NCBI GenBank assembly: GCA_016748015.1
Contig: JAAOMT010000512.1
Span: 902,719 to 966,718 of the forward strand
Source: Geosiphon pyriformis uo1
Lineage: Eukaryota; Fungi; Glomeromycota
Direction: 5' to 3'
Length of the DNA stretch: 64,000 bases
In this document: positions 26,333-40,832 of the stretch, piece by piece
How positions within the stretch are numbered: the first letter of the stretch is position 1
Layout of the letters: every line of letters begins with the position of its first letter
Position numbers and translations under genes: made by a program
The notes under the pieces: model-generated
What the model was told of the DNA's origin: nothing
The model's database searches: none
The model's input: only the letters and a program-made list of their open reading frames with translations

Positions 26333-28116
26333 TGAAAAGGAGGTTGAGGAAGTGCACTGTCAGCCAGAACCAAACCATTAAAGCGAGCAGACAAGTTTAG
26401 AACAGAGGCCGAGAGACTTTTTAACATAGTTTCCAGCTTAATTACTTGGGGGAATACAAACAGATCCACAAGCATAGCAGTTTTGTTATGAATGGCTTCA
26501 CCTGAGCCTTCTCCCATTACTATATTATCCACTTGATCCTGTGATGGGGGGGTCACCGGCAGCTGACATCCAGGGCTAGGCTGGAAAACTGTTGGCATGA
26601 ATGAGTCCAACCTCTTAGCCAACTCACCAATTCATTCTGTGAGGCTGACAAGACTGTTTTCAATAGTAACCAACTATTTTTCCAAATTATTCACCACAAA
26701 AGGAGGAGGTTTACTAATACCAATAAAACCAAGTTGAGAATCATATCCACGAGACACACCCAAAAGAAAAGAGCCAACTACCAAAGCCCAAGTCTTACCA
26801 CCAAAAGCCAAAGGACAGAAAACGGGTGTGGACTTTTTCTTATAAATCTTTGCCAATCTGAACTGATCTTGAGCCAAGAGAGGAGCCTTCTTGCTCTTAA
26901 GACCTAAAAACTCACCATCTGACTTACAAACTAAAAACGTATGACCAAGAGAATTGCAAGAGGAACACAAGACAGTAGACAAACACGACCAGTGGAGATG
27001 TACACTCTTTATAACAGGCATGTTAGCCATAGCCTGCAATAGGACATCCTCAGACTCAAAACCCACAAAAGCGCAGCATGCACGAGTGTAGTCGACAGGA
27101 TTGTAATCAATGACGCATGTTTTTTCACCCACCAAATCCAGAAAATCTCACAGATTATAAGTGTTTGTTCTCATGGAAAGAGTGTAAAGCAATGTCCTAA
27201 ATCTGTCTCTAGAATCTTATGTTTGCTTATCTACATCAGTTCTGGCCACACGAATAGCATCTTTCCCAATAAGAATAGATCATTTGTTTGCCAAGAAATC
27301 AGCCTGATTTCGATCTTCTATCTCGATAATTGCTTTCTGCCACAATTCCACCAACTGCATTTTGATCTTCTTAATAATCTTAAATTCGAACACAGCCTCC
27401 ATTGATGTTCCCACAGGAATCTTTTTTAACACAATATTCTGATTCATACAAATATTACCAGAGTGCTTGAGATTGGTGTTTACCACAACACCACAATCAT
27501 TTGCCAACTTCCCAGCAGCCATCATTGTCTTTTCCAAAGTGAAAGTCACACGAATAATTCCACTAAATTTTGAGGAAGTAGAAGCTCCCCCAAAACCATT
27601 CACACTTAAAAAAATTTTTCTGATAAAACTCAATTTTTTCTGAGAAGATTTCTCAGCGATGACCACAAGATCAATATCTAATGCAAAAGATTTACGAACA
27701 GATACTTGAACGGATGGCTTGACAGATAGAGGAGGTGGAAGAAAAAAAGAATTATCTAACACGTCATTGTCTGTATTGACAGTATCATAATCAATCACAC
27801 CCAGAGGCTTTTTTAACATCTTTTTGGTCTTCACATGCAAACCTTTTGGCATTTGATTAGGATCCCCTTCCGCAAAAGCATCATTCTTACCATAGTTAAC
27901 ACTGGTTTCTTCAACCAAGCACTCCTTTTCTATGTCAATACTCTTAGATTCAGTAGTGTTGCCTGTCTCAGAACCCCATGAACAAGCATTAAGAGCTTCA
28001 GCAGCAACCCTTCTATTATCAATACCCTTTGCCAATACACCTCTCTTCCTCTTCTTTCTTAATACAACCACCTTGAAACCACTTTCAGAACCAGAAATTT
28101 TAATAATCTTTTTCAT
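26329..28116 (-). pseudogene. LINE ORF1 (gag-like, CCHC knuckle)
   Basis: Three same-frame ORF fragments; CSSCNSLGHTFLVC; lies upstream of ORF2. Confidence 0.8.
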
Positions 28117-28257
28117 AACAGCAATAACAAAGCCAACAGTAGTCTTGTAATTGAAAAACAGTTTTGATTTATCATACTAAATGGTAAAAAAACTTCTTTC
28201 GAGAAAACTTTTGACTCTTTTTTGGGAATTTTGGATAAAAGAGAGAAAGAAGTTTTT

Positions 28258-30300
28258 GATAATTATTGGTTAAATTTTTTTGTTTAATAATATATATATA
28301 AAAATACTTGTTATTAATAATTTTTTTTTGAAAAGTTTTTTTATAATAATAAAAATAACTAGTTAATATAATAGTTATCTGTTTAGAAAACTTAATAAGT
28401 TTTGTTTTTTTTTAAATTTAATCAATAGTTGTTTTTAAATAATAATTCTAATATAATTATTATATAGTATTTATAATAGTTAATTTAAAGTTTTTAAATT
28501 GTTTAGTTAAAAATGACTTTAATTTTAGTTAGTTAATTATTACTAATAAAATTTAATACTGTATAATTTTAATAGTAAAAACTTTAATAAATATTATTAT
28601 GTTGTTAATTTCAAATAAAAAATTATTTATTTTATTAATAAAAGTTTTTATAACTTTATTAATCATAATAATATGAATATTGGCAATACAATTAATTTAA
28701 TAATTTAATAAATTTATAAGTTATCTTATAATAATATTGTTTATTAAACTATTATTAAGAATAAATTTAATATTATAATCATTAACTTTAGTATTAATAT
28801 ATATAACTATAATTAATTTTTTAAAATTTAAAGTAGTTTTATTAGATAATAGTTTGTTTGTTTTTTCTAAATCAAAAAAAATGTAATAGTAAAAATATCA
28901 TTTTTAATAATAATAACAAATAGAATAATATTTGTTAAGTTAATACAAAATCCTAAATTGTTAATAGTAAGTTAAATTTTTGGAAAATTAAATATTTCTA
29001 AAAATTTGAATATTGTAAACTGTCCAAATTTTTGGCATAATTTTTTTGATATAAAATAGTAGTATTTAGAATTGGTTAATAAGTAATTATTACTAATTTC
29101 TAACTTTATTAATTGTTGTTAAAATAATTGCTGTAATTATAATAATGATTTTTATGACTATAACTATTAGGCAATTTATGATTATAATTGAAAATAGTAA
29201 TTAAATCTATATATAAATTGTTGCATTTATCATTAAAAAATAATATTAAAATAATTCATATTGTTTTTGTAAAACTTTAAATTTATAGTTTGGAATTTGG
29301 AATTAATAACCAAAGTTTTAATATTGATTTTTGATTATTAATTACTTAACTATAAACTACAATTAATTTTTATGTAGTTTTATTTATAATAGTAATTATA
29401 AATATAAGTTTTCTGTAGTCATTATTAATTTAATGATAATAATTATGACTAATTTTAAAAATTATTGTTGTTTTAATTTGGTATTTAAAATAAATTATTT
29501 ATTATTAAGTTTACAATTTAAGTATAATTGGCTTTTTATTTAGCTAATTCAAAATTTTTGGCCAATATAATTACTGTTTAAAAATTATTTGGACATAATA
29601 AATATATTTATTGAAATATATTGTTGTACAATCTTTTAATAAACTAATTTAAGATTTGAAATACTATATAACAGTTGAAATTAATATTTTGAATTTGCCA
29701 AAAATAACAATAAAAATGTTTTAAATAAGTAGTAATTGCTTTATTATTATTTTGCTTTATAGTAGTAAACAGAGTTTGTAATTTATTAATGTTGATTATA
29801 TTACTAAAATATTGTAAAAATATGGTTTAGAAAACAACAAATTTTTTTGATAATGCAGTTAAGCTTTAATATTATAAGTTAGCCATATTTTAAAAAAATA
29901 GAGAATTATTAGTGCTTTTATATTATTTTAATTATTGACAACAATAGTTTTTTTTATATTGTTAAGCCAATTAAGTATTATTCTTTTTATTGATAAATTT
30001 TTTAATTTTGTAATAGATATATAAATTATTAATACAGCTAATAAAAAAAATACATATAATAATTAATGAGCTTTGATAATTAGTAGTACTAATAATGAAT
30101 TTATTGGTACAGTTAAAGGTAAATTTCTGTGTATTAATATAATAGAGTTTAAAAGTATTGGGTTTTAAATAATTGAGTTTTGAATAATCTTTGAAGTTTG
30201 AATTATAGTAGATTTTAAGATTGAATTTTCTATAATGTTTTTTTGATTTAATATTTTTTCAATTATTGGTAGATTCGAAATTTGATGATAATAGTAGTAA
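28258..30300 (-). mobile_element. Extremely eroded gag-protease region of an older related LTR element
   Basis: Minus strand retains WLNNIKKTIVVN, FLQYFSN, FTTIKQNNNKAITTYL, QILN*FIKRL (capsid) and IKFILNNSL / NFLFEINNIIIFIKVL (protease), all matching the motifs at 15960-17560 after reversing C>T/G>A changes. Confidence 0.65.
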
Positions 30301-31201
30301 TTGAAAGAATAAAGACATAAATAGTCACAATATAATTTTTTTAAAAGAATTTACTATATTTTCCAAATAAGTTAATGTGTTTTAGATTGTTTTAAAATAA
30401 AAATCATGAATTCTTGGGCTTAACAGTAGATAATAACATGGTTTTATAACCAAATATCTGAAAAAAGTCTTTTAAGAATAATATTAAAGCTTAAACTAAC
30501 AGAGCACAAAAACATATAAATAATAATTAAAATTATATGGTGTTTAAAACATTGATTATATTATATTAAAAAACTGAATAAAATTTTTATGTGAAATGAC
30601 TTCTATAAAAAAGATAAAACAAGTTTATATTGTTTTTCAAATAAAAATTGTTTATGATCACATACCTAAAATGAGATAAATATTGGAAAACAGACAGTTT
30701 TAATAAAACAACAAGTTAAAGAATATCTTAAGATAAAAGAATAACATAATAATGTGGTTTTTATCAAACTTTATGTAACATACAGCAACTTTTGATTGAT
30801 TATTATTATACGATTGTTATGTGCATGTTTTTATAAAGTGTTCCAATATACTTGGAATTCAGAAACATTTGCGAAATATAACGAGTGTGCACTTAGCTAA
30901 GTTCCGAACATGGGACCTGGTTATAGCATGCATATAAAGAGAGTATGCACTTAGGAAGATTCTATATTTCATAAGATAACTAAAAAGTTCTAAATTAATA
31001 ATTTTAAAATAATTAAAATGTCAACAATGACAATATGTATTATTAAGCAACTAATTATTATTTTTGTCGATAGGTTTTATTATATAACAATCTATTTAAA
31101 ATATTAAAAGTCTTTTATTGGTGTTTTAATGTACAAAATAAATTAAATTTCGAGTTGCAAATATCAGAGTTAAACATTACATATCGTACCGTATCCACTG
31201 T

Positions 31202-33403
31202 TCAATTTGCACGAGGCAGATGGTCTCCCAACCGACGTCCCGTAGATCCCCACCAAAAAACAGGCTGCGGATTTCCACCACTGTTTCTCATGTTTATGCT
31301 GATCACTTTCGTGCTATCAACAGCAATAATACACCATCTTAGTTCACACTCAATATTGGGAACCTTCCCGAAATCATCTATGGTATGATTTTCAATTTCA
31401 AGTGCAATCAATCCTGAAGGGCTCCATGACTCGATATTAGCTGTCAAATTGAATTCTTGATTTGTTGGAGGAAAATGAAAAGAAGCAGAAAGGACAAACC
31501 CGGGAAATAGGGTAATTCCAGAATCAAATCGTGCTATCCATTCTATATCTGGTCCAAGTCTCAGCTTAAGCGTGCCCAGTCTAATAAAGATGAATCGATT
31601 ATCAGGATGAAAATAGCCGAGCTCTTGGGGAATACCTGTCAAGAACCAGATTATATAGTATCTAATATTTAAAAATTTGAAAAAACTCGGTAAATTTTCT
31701 AGTTTTTAATATTAAAGAGAAGGGATCAAATTCTTTAAAATTTACTTTTCATTAATGTTCAACGTTGGATTCTCTTTGCGCTTCTTACCCGTGGTATGAA
31801 TCGTGGCTGAAAATCCGTACTCATTTCTACATTCGAATTTTACGTATGTATCCGGCACCCGAAATCCAGAACTATCCACGAGTGACCCAAAAACTTGATA
31901 ATTGTCAGTTTTCAAAGGCTTCTTGAATTTCATTCGTCGATAAATAACATTGGGGGATTTTAAACGAGTGCATCCTGTCATGAGCACCTTTGGATATTTT
32001 ACAAGTAAATTGTCAAGCTCTTGTCTAATTGTGTCATCAAGAATTTCGTAAATTGGTGCTAATACACGTTTTATAATACACCATTGCCATGGCCTCTTGG
32101 GAATATTTGTAAACCATCTCTCTAGGTGTCTAGAAAAAGGTTAGATCGGAATGAATTTATAATGTAAGAAAATGAAAGCGATTAAATCATACTCTCTGTC
32201 AATGACATCTCCTCCAGAACTAACTAAATAAGAAGCGTTCAAAGGTCTTATTGTATCCTCCCACGTCAAGAAAAGTGGATCACACTTCACAAGTTCATCT
32301 GGAAAATTTCAGGTTTAGTAAGGTGGAAAAATATGAAGTGAAGAGGAAGTAAAAAATTAATGAAAAAATCCTAAAATACCATATATAGTCATTTCTTCTG
32401 ACTCTCTTAACAACCATTCAATCGATCGAGCTCTCTCATTTGAATAGGAATCAATGTTCAAAAAATCGACCTCACATTTTCTTTCCAATTTATTTCCAAG
32501 AATAACTGTTTTACACCACCAATGTCCATACTTTTGAAAAACCTCAGTTAATTGCTCAAAAGGATTATCATCAAGTAATGCACTGGTTATATCACTTTTT
32601 AATCCGTCAGAAGGTATAATATCTGATGGCTCAACCTCAATTAATACTTGCTGACATAAAGCTGAGCAATGAACATAGCCAGCTGGGGATTGATCAAAAA
32701 GAGGATTGAATGAAGGATTTGGCTCAAAGTCCAGGAATGGCTTCAATTTTTCAGGACTGGCTGATTCATTATTGAGTTCAATTCCTTGAGCAGACATGAA
32801 AGAATCTCGTGGTGTTGAAAAGCCATTAAATTCAACGCTTTGCTTGCCAATATACAGAATATTTGTAAGTTTCCCCGAATGATCAGGGTTAAAGTCAAAT
32901 GCAGGTAAAAATGCTTCCTCGACTCCGTATTTAGTAATCACCATTCCATGATTAAGTAAATAATTTGTGTTCAATTCTTTGAAGTCCGTCGAAAAACTTG
33001 ATGTGCATATACTTCGTCGAGGTTGGTTGGCGATAAGGAAAGTATTATCATTATGATCAGAAGCTATTCGAATTATAAGTGCTCGTGAACTCCCCTTTTC
33101 TTTCACATCGTTTGTCACTATTTTTTTCTTTTCTTTTTGATTTTCGAACACTTCAGGTTCATCTAAATGATAGATGACAATATTCGGATCAGATTTTCGT
33201 AATTTTGAAATTGATACGTTTGATGAGTTGGAATGGATAGATGGAACTGCTTTGTGTTGATTCAATCGCCGAACACTTTTATGATGTTCAACATTTTTCT
33301 GTGACCCGATACTTGAAGGTCGACTATGCAATACAGTATCGCTGGGCCATTTCAAAGGTCCGCGAGTATTATCAGTCTCTAAAATTTGTGCCATATTGGA
33401 CAT
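31202..33403 (-). CDS. Standalone MACPF-like domain protein (Glomeromycota family), 4 exons
   Basis: Exons 33403-32380, 32298-32193, 32129-31746 and 31661-31202 join in frame via GT-AG introns. Motifs FQKYGHWWCKTVILGNKL and W...LAPIYEIL; paralogous to the C-half of 44920-49484. Confidence 0.75.
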
Positions 33404-36400
33404 TATTGATTTACGAGAATTTTATAAAATAGTTGGCGCTTTATGATTAATTGCTCGTAAAAACCCACTACTTTCAGTATCTTACACGAAATTTTCAATC
33501 AGATTTTTCGATATCTCTACACAATTAGGAAATAATGAGAATTAGCAATGCCGGTATTATTTGGAAAAGTGAATTTTTCACTTTAACCTTTGTTTGACGA
33601 TTATCATTACAGGGCAAACGATATGGGTAGAAAGGGAAAATGCATACCATGGTCTGTCAGGTAGTTCTGTTGTCTTTGTAAATGAAAAAGATAACACGGA
33701 TGTTTTAAATCTTTAACCCGTGTAGTCTGATCAGGTTAGACTGAGAAATGGAAGATTCATAAATTTTGGATGCATATTTGTTTGTTCAACCTTTTTCATT
33801 TTCAAAGTTCACGTTGATCGGATGGATTATTTAATGCTAAAAAGCACGTGTCATTAAGACTATATCGTTCGAAAAAATCTAGATACATTTTTTAGATTAT
33901 TTACGAATTGTGTTTGAAAATAAACAAGCTTTTCGAAGAAAATTCCATGTGGAATTATGAGGAACTTAAAAATAAATGCGGCAAGTTAACCAAGAATTAT
34001 CGAATTGTGTACTGGAAATAAGCTTCACCTGGTGCCCCTGAAAAATAAGCATTAGAATTAATCATTAGAATTAATTTATCTTTAGGTTGTTTGATAAATT
34101 TATCAAAATGTATTCATTATTTTATATATATTTTTAATCTAAATAATGTTTTTATAGTCAACTTTTAATTAATTAATTAATTTTTTGCTTATAAATTTTT
34201 AATTTTTATTACTATTGATCTAATTATTATTATTATTATTATTTTGATAAATACATGTAATACTGTTTTATAACAAAAAAAATAGTATTATAAAAATTTA
34301 ATAATAATTAATAAGGCCAAATTCTGTTTTAATTATTTTATTTGATAAAATAAAATTTTATTTTTTTTCATTCCTGGTTAAAAATGTACTTAATTAAGTT
34401 TGTTTTAATTATAATCTTAAGCAAAAAATATTTTTAATAAATAAAATATTAGTTATAAATATATTAATTATAAATATTTATTTATGAATACAAATAGAAA
34501 AATCAATAAGGTTATCCAAGTTTTAAATAATTGACAAAATTAATTAATAATTTTTTTTTTACTCTAAATTCCCAATTCTGAAATATCAAAACAATTAATT
34601 AATAAATATTTATTTTATTTATCAATTTAAGCTATGTATAAACAATATTTATCTTTTTATTATGCATAAGAAATTCATATTAACTTGAAAAATAACATAA
34701 AATTTATAAAAATTTAAAAGATTAAAAATAATTATTATATATAAAATAAAAACTTTTTATTGTAATTTATATAAATAGAAGCCATAATATCTAATATAAA
34801 AATAAAGTAGAATAAGAATTGAAAGAATTATAAAAAATGGGTATTAAATTATTTAAGAGGTTAATAAAAAATTTTAAATAACAAAAAAATAATAATTAAA
34901 GCTGATTATGAAACTAAAAATGTTAATTAAGATGACTTACTTAATATGAAATATTTAATAGATATCGATTGTGCCGAATTTTATTTTATGTATTTAAAAC
35001 AGCTGAGATTATAAAAAACAATGTTTAATTGTTAAATAAATCAATCAATCTAATTTCTTGTATAAAAATAGTTTCAAGTAACTATTTTACAATTTACTTA
35101 GATAATATTATTACAAAAACAATAATGATGTTTGTTTAATGACGAGAGAATCAATTTAGGTTCCATTTATTGTTTTTGTAATTTTCAATTTATTTACTAC
35201 TGTTATTATTTTAATAATTATAACCAACTATTTATTTATTAAAAGTTATTTTTTTTTGAAACAATTATGAACCTTTTTTAGTCAAGACTAGCTTATCAAA
35301 TAAATTAAACCAAACCAATTTTTCACCGATATCTTTGAAAATTTTTATTTTTAATAATTTATACTTTTATATTATAACATAATTTATATAAATTTTTTCT
35401 TTGGTTTATAAATATTTTTAAAAAATTTAAATAAATAAAAAAAAAAGCTTTTTCTTAAAAAAGAACTTAATATGCTTATTTATTGTACCAAAAAAAAAAA
35501 ACACTATTAATTTATTATGTTGAAAATTTTTTACCAATAAAATTTTTTTTTGCTTTATATAAGAATTATTATTTATACAGGTGCTTTTGATAAATTGTCA
35601 AAAGATATGTTTATCATAAACTCGTATAAAATATTTGAAAAAAGATGTCATGTACGTATGAAAATTTCAAACCACTATATGTTATAAACAAAAACATAAA
35701 TTCTGCTAAAATTTAATATTAAAAAGTATATGCCGCGATAAGCAGAATCAATTTTTAAATAAGTAAATAAATAAATAAATAATTAGAGATTGATTTATGT
35801 CAAATACCTATTAAAATGCACAGAAATTAAGATTGCATATTAAAGTGCTAGAATAAAAACAATACATTTAATGATTGACTTTATACTTTATACTTTTATA
35901 TGAAAATTTTAAGTATAAAGCATAAAATCAAAAATTTTATTTTTTTTATTTTTTACAAAGAAACTTGATTTCAATCATATAATAATAAACCAAAAAAATT
36001 CAATTTAAAACATAAAATTTTCTTTTATAAAAGCTGCACTTTTTTTTTAAAAAATAATAAAATTTGATAAAATTTTGAAAATTTTTTTTTTTTTTTAAAT
36101 AAATCAAATCTTTAACAGATTAATATATATTGAAACAAAATAGGTTTAATGAAAAAACTATTTTATGAAATATTCAATCAAAATTTAAATTAAAAAGAAA
36201 GAATTTTTAATATCAAGTTATTTTATTTTAATTCAAACGATTACTGTTTATAATTTTTTGTAAAAACACAAAAAATAATTAAAATTAAAAAAAATGAGAG
36301 AAATAAAGAAAGAGAGAGAGAGAGATATATATATATATAAAATCCAGAATAATTTTTTTTAAAAATCAGAAATTAGGTTTCAATTTTTTATAATAAATTA

Positions 36401-37128
36401 ATATATATAATTTAGTTTTATTTCAAAATTTCTATTTTTTTTTTAATGCGTTTTGATCTGATTTAAAAAATGAATTTATAATAATGTCATTTATTTGAAA
36501 ATTATTAATGTTTCAGAATTAATTTGTAAAGAAATAATTTTAAATTTTTATTTTATTTTTAAAAAGAATCAATATTTTTATTTCCCCCTAGGTCAATTTG
36601 AAAAAGTGTATAATCAATGAGAAAAAAAATTAATAATAATATTATTATTACGATTTCTTTATAAACAAAAAACTAGCTAAAAATTCTTAAAAATCATATT
36701 TAGCTAAACATTTTTAAAATTCTAAACCCGTTTCAGGAATTTACAAAATTAGAAAAGGTTAAGGCCGGCTCTGTGTTTTTAAAAATGATTTTCACTGCAT
36801 AATATCAGTTCAAAGCTTTTAATTCCCTCAATGCATAAACTTCTGTGGATATTTTGGCAAGCTGGAAAGTTATTATGCTCCTATTCTTTTTTGATCGTTA
36901 CTCTATATAGTTTGTTTTTCTTCAAGAGCAAGCTCGTCGTACTTTGCCTCCATTTTTTGTTAAATCTAATGTTTGGAGCAATTAAAAATGTTCTAGAAGC
37001 CAGACGGCTTTTTAATATTTATTTGACTTTTTAATCCTGAGTTTACAAAGTGTATTATGAAAAATTTTTACATAAATGTCTTAAAGTTAACAAATTAAAT
37101 ATTTTGATTTGACCAAGCACTATTATAG

Positions 37129-38512
37129 TTAATTAAATATTTTTATAGGAAGGCGTACTGGCTTTACTTCAAATTTCTTGATTTTACTTTCTTCAAACCC
37201 CAAAATCTGTGCAATCATTTGAGCCATTGCTGAATGAATTTTCGTTGTTAGATGAAGTTTATCCCAAAAATAATGAGTTTCTGGATTTTGACATATGGTT
37301 GGTGGTTGTGGGTTTAAATCGAGACATTCGTCCTCGAAATTGTCGACACCATCAGTTACTGCTTTTGTCCTTTGATAAATATCCAAAAATTCATGATATG
37401 GGAACCGATAAACAATGGCGTCTGGATGACTTTGCTCAAAACGAGTAGCGGCTTCAAAAACTTTTTCAGTGTGTGTTGTTGAACGAAAGTGTGCCAGCTG
37501 TACAACTCTCCGTCGGTAAGTTTTGGCGATAGGTAATCTGGAAAGGTCAAAAAATCCCACTATTATAAATGCCCTAATACCATGTTCATAAAGTTTCGGC
37601 CAAGTGCCTGCAATTCGCTCAACTACTTCTTCTGGTTTAGCTTTAAGTGCAGTCTGTTCGTAGTCATTTCCTGCCAGAAAAGTCTAAAGAAATTGAAAAT
37701 GTTGAAGAACGTATTTGAAAAAGAAAGGGTACACTTTAATGATAAAAGGTTTAAATACTGACGGAAACGATCGTTTTGTTGATATTTTTTTTATCTTTTT
37801 GTGAGGCCAAGTATGTATCGACTTGTTGCACTAATCCTGGAATTTTTGTTATGCCATCTCCTGTTATGCCTGTTTACAAAAATGATTGTAGGTTAATAAG
37901 GGATAAATATTAAAAATATTTAACCAGTTACATTATGGATCGATAAAAAACTAAAAATTACCTTGGATAAAATTATTGCTATATAAAATTCATTTCCCGA
38001 AAAATTAAGGCTTCGATTAGCTAGAAGCTCATTGAAATGATCATATAAAAAAAAATTCGATATCCAGAAACTTACTCGGATGTAGCACCACCAAAAGCAA
38101 AGTTCATTAATCTCATGTTGTAAACCTTAGTAAGGTATTCTGACCAAACAGGACCATTTGAAAATCTGCCCTTAAAATACAAATTTGAAGGAGGATACTT
38201 CTTTTTTGTCAAAGCATAAACATTTCCACTGTCTTTTTAGATTTAGAGAAATAGAAATCTCATTCAGTACCAAGCCAGATTGGGTAATCATTATATTTTG
38301 AAAGAGCACATTTTTAAACGGAAAATATCCCACTTGCCTGATGACGAGTCACCAAATGTTACCAAAGTATTGTACCTTGGTCCTTGCATATAGCACATGC
38401 ATACTGTCCAAAGTTCTTTGACCGCTACAGGTGGTTCCCATGCTATTGAAGTTGGCAGTGAGATAAAAATTGCAACAGGAACTAGGATCGTTAATGAAAG
38501 TTTCAATTTCAT
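37129..38512 (-). CDS. Secreted GDSL/SGNH esterase-lipase, multi-exon
   Basis: Signal peptide; FGDSSSDSGN (across intron 1), GRFSNGPVWSEYL, NFAFGGAT, AGNDY, FWDKLH. Confidence 0.9.
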
Positions 38513-40790
38513 AATAGTTATAATTGTTCTTGTGATTCGTAACTTCTAAAAAATTTTCTAATGAGAGAAAAAAATCCAAGTCGTATCTCTTATTCATTTT
38601 AAAAGATATTTAAATGGAAAAATATTTATTTTGTAAGCGTAATTCAATTTTTGAAACGTTTGAATCTTTAATTTTTTTTCCCACAGTAATTGTCCAAAAA
38701 GGCAAAGGACATCATGAAACGAGACTAATGATTCGACAAGGTGATGAATATTAGCATTATATGAAGCCATATTGCTTTGATGAAGCGATTCTTTGCCGAC
38801 AAACAAAACAAAACAAAACCATACCAAACCAAACAAAGGAAAGCAAAGCAAAGTAAAAATTTTATCAATTTCCACTTAAAATCTCTTCAATTTGATCTTG
38901 GAATAACTTGAATGAAACATGATTTTGTTTTTAATGATCGTTTTTAATTTTGAAGATTTTTCGATTACGTTGAACGCGGGCATGAGAACTTTAGGAGAGG
39001 GGGGGGGGGAGAGGATGAGTATACTCAAAATTAGCAGCGGGATCACGATAAAGCAAACATGTAATATCTGATATTAAGGAAGTGGATCAACATATCCTGC
39101 CTAATCAAGAAAATCTTTGACAAAAATTTTAGGAAATTTTTAATTTTGAAAAATGTGGAGAAAATTCAATATTTGAAATTTTTTTTTTAAATTAAGATTA
39201 TTTCCGGTGATAGATCATATTATACCGAAATATTTTCCATAAATGAGTAAAGTGAAATATTTATAATAAATAATCACATCCATAGATCGGGATTGACATA
39301 TAAATTAGCATTCGATCGTCAAAATCAGCAATCAATGATCAAAGAGGGGTATTGGGGGAAAAAAGTTTTCACTTGTAGATTTTTAAGACTTTAAAAATTT
39401 CTAGTTCACAATGACGTGGTAAAAAAAACGTTTTGTCTTGTTTTTCGAGTGCGGGCAATATTTAAATTTTCTCACCGTAAGAGTCATTGATGTGATTGGT
39501 TCGAATCAGTTATTTAAGAATACACGCGTTCATCAACCCGGAATAATGAGATCATCTTTTTATCGGTGATTTAAAGCGAGAAACGATGATTCGACAATCA
39601 AACTATCACCTAAATCAATCTTTCCCGTTCTTTTGATCTGATATATGCTTTTTTTTTTTGTTTAAAATTTTCCCATATTAACAGATTTAACGGGAAATTA
39701 AAATCCATCAATTTTTCCCCCTTAAATCAGATAGGCTTGGAAAATAGAAAGAAGGATTTTGAGTTAGGATAAATTGATTAAAAGATGTTTTTGATAAAAT
39801 ATTTGTGTAAATTTAATACTCATTTCTATAAACAATTAAAAATTAGTAAATATTAAAAAAAGTTTTCAAATGAAAGCCCGAGTTATTTTCCAGGTTAGCT
39901 TTACTAAAATTATTTTTATTTTCAATTTTCAAACTTTACAATAAAACACTGTTTATTCCCTTTGAACATTATTGATAACAGAGGATGAAATTTTTAATAA
40001 ATTAATGTAAAATGAAATATGAAAAATTTAGTATTTAAATCTTAAAGGTCCTAACAATTTCATAAATTTTTTTTTTGTTTTATTCAAAATGAAAAAGAAT
40101 CTGAATTGATGTGAAAATATATAATAGGTTCAACACTAAAAATTACGAAAATCGAAAACTTTTAGAACCTTCAAATTTCTATGGAAAAATAATGCTAGTA
40201 AACATAAGGATCCAATTCATTAAATTTAAAAATAAAATTTTAAAATTCGGGTTAGTATATGATTTCATAAAAATTGCTAGGGAAACTGAAAGAATATTGA
40301 TCAAAAATATTTATTAAATTTTGAAGTAAGAATTTTTTGGTATGCTCTACCTATTTCCGAAAGTGTTTATTCAACGGAACTTTAATTAATAATAATTTGA
40401 GTTACTATACTTTTTTGTTTTTTCCTTGGAGATTTGGAATTAAAGAATTTAAAAAAATTATTGATTTTGAAAAATGTTATTTCAGAAAATTCGCGAGGTT
40501 TCCAAGATCTCATTAATAATTTTCAAAAAAGGCAATTTTAAAATTTGCTTTCTATGGAGTCGCTCAAATTCATCAGGAAATTAATAGTTTGACTAAAAAT
40601 CCCTTTACCTTTATTATACTACTTAAAGAAATGTCCCTATTAGTATCCCTGAAGAGGTTTTTGAAGGTAAAAAATTTTGGAGAGAGCTGAGCGGGACAGG
40701 AGCTTTGAAAAACCCGTAATCACGACGTAAATGGAAACATGCATATCACTGGACTTGATAATGTTCCTGTAATTGAAGGAAATGCAAGCG

Positions 40791-40800
40791 ATGATGATAT

Positions 40801-40831
<31 letters not shown>

Positions 40832-40832
40832 A
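40791..40832. repeat. (GAT)n microsatellite within a probable decayed coding remnant
   Basis: About 13 GAT units with one interruption. Confidence 0.85.

Larger units (their letters stand above)
12000..28257 (-). mobile_element. Full-length non-LTR retrotransposon (LINE; ORF1 plus APE-RT-RNase H-Zn ORF2), pseudogenised and interrupted by a Gypsy element
   Basis: ORF1 28116-26329; ORF2 runs 26332-23730 and resumes at 14218-12136. (AATAA)n tail at 12000-12016. Candidate TSD GATAATT at 11993-11999 and 28258-28264. Confidence 0.9.

Noticed and set aside
14223-28116. Alternative genetic code or readthrough (TGA=Trp, TAA=Gln) explaining the in-frame stops
   Set aside because: Stops coincide with pervasive C>T/G>A missense changes, and host genes and the Tc1 use the standard code.
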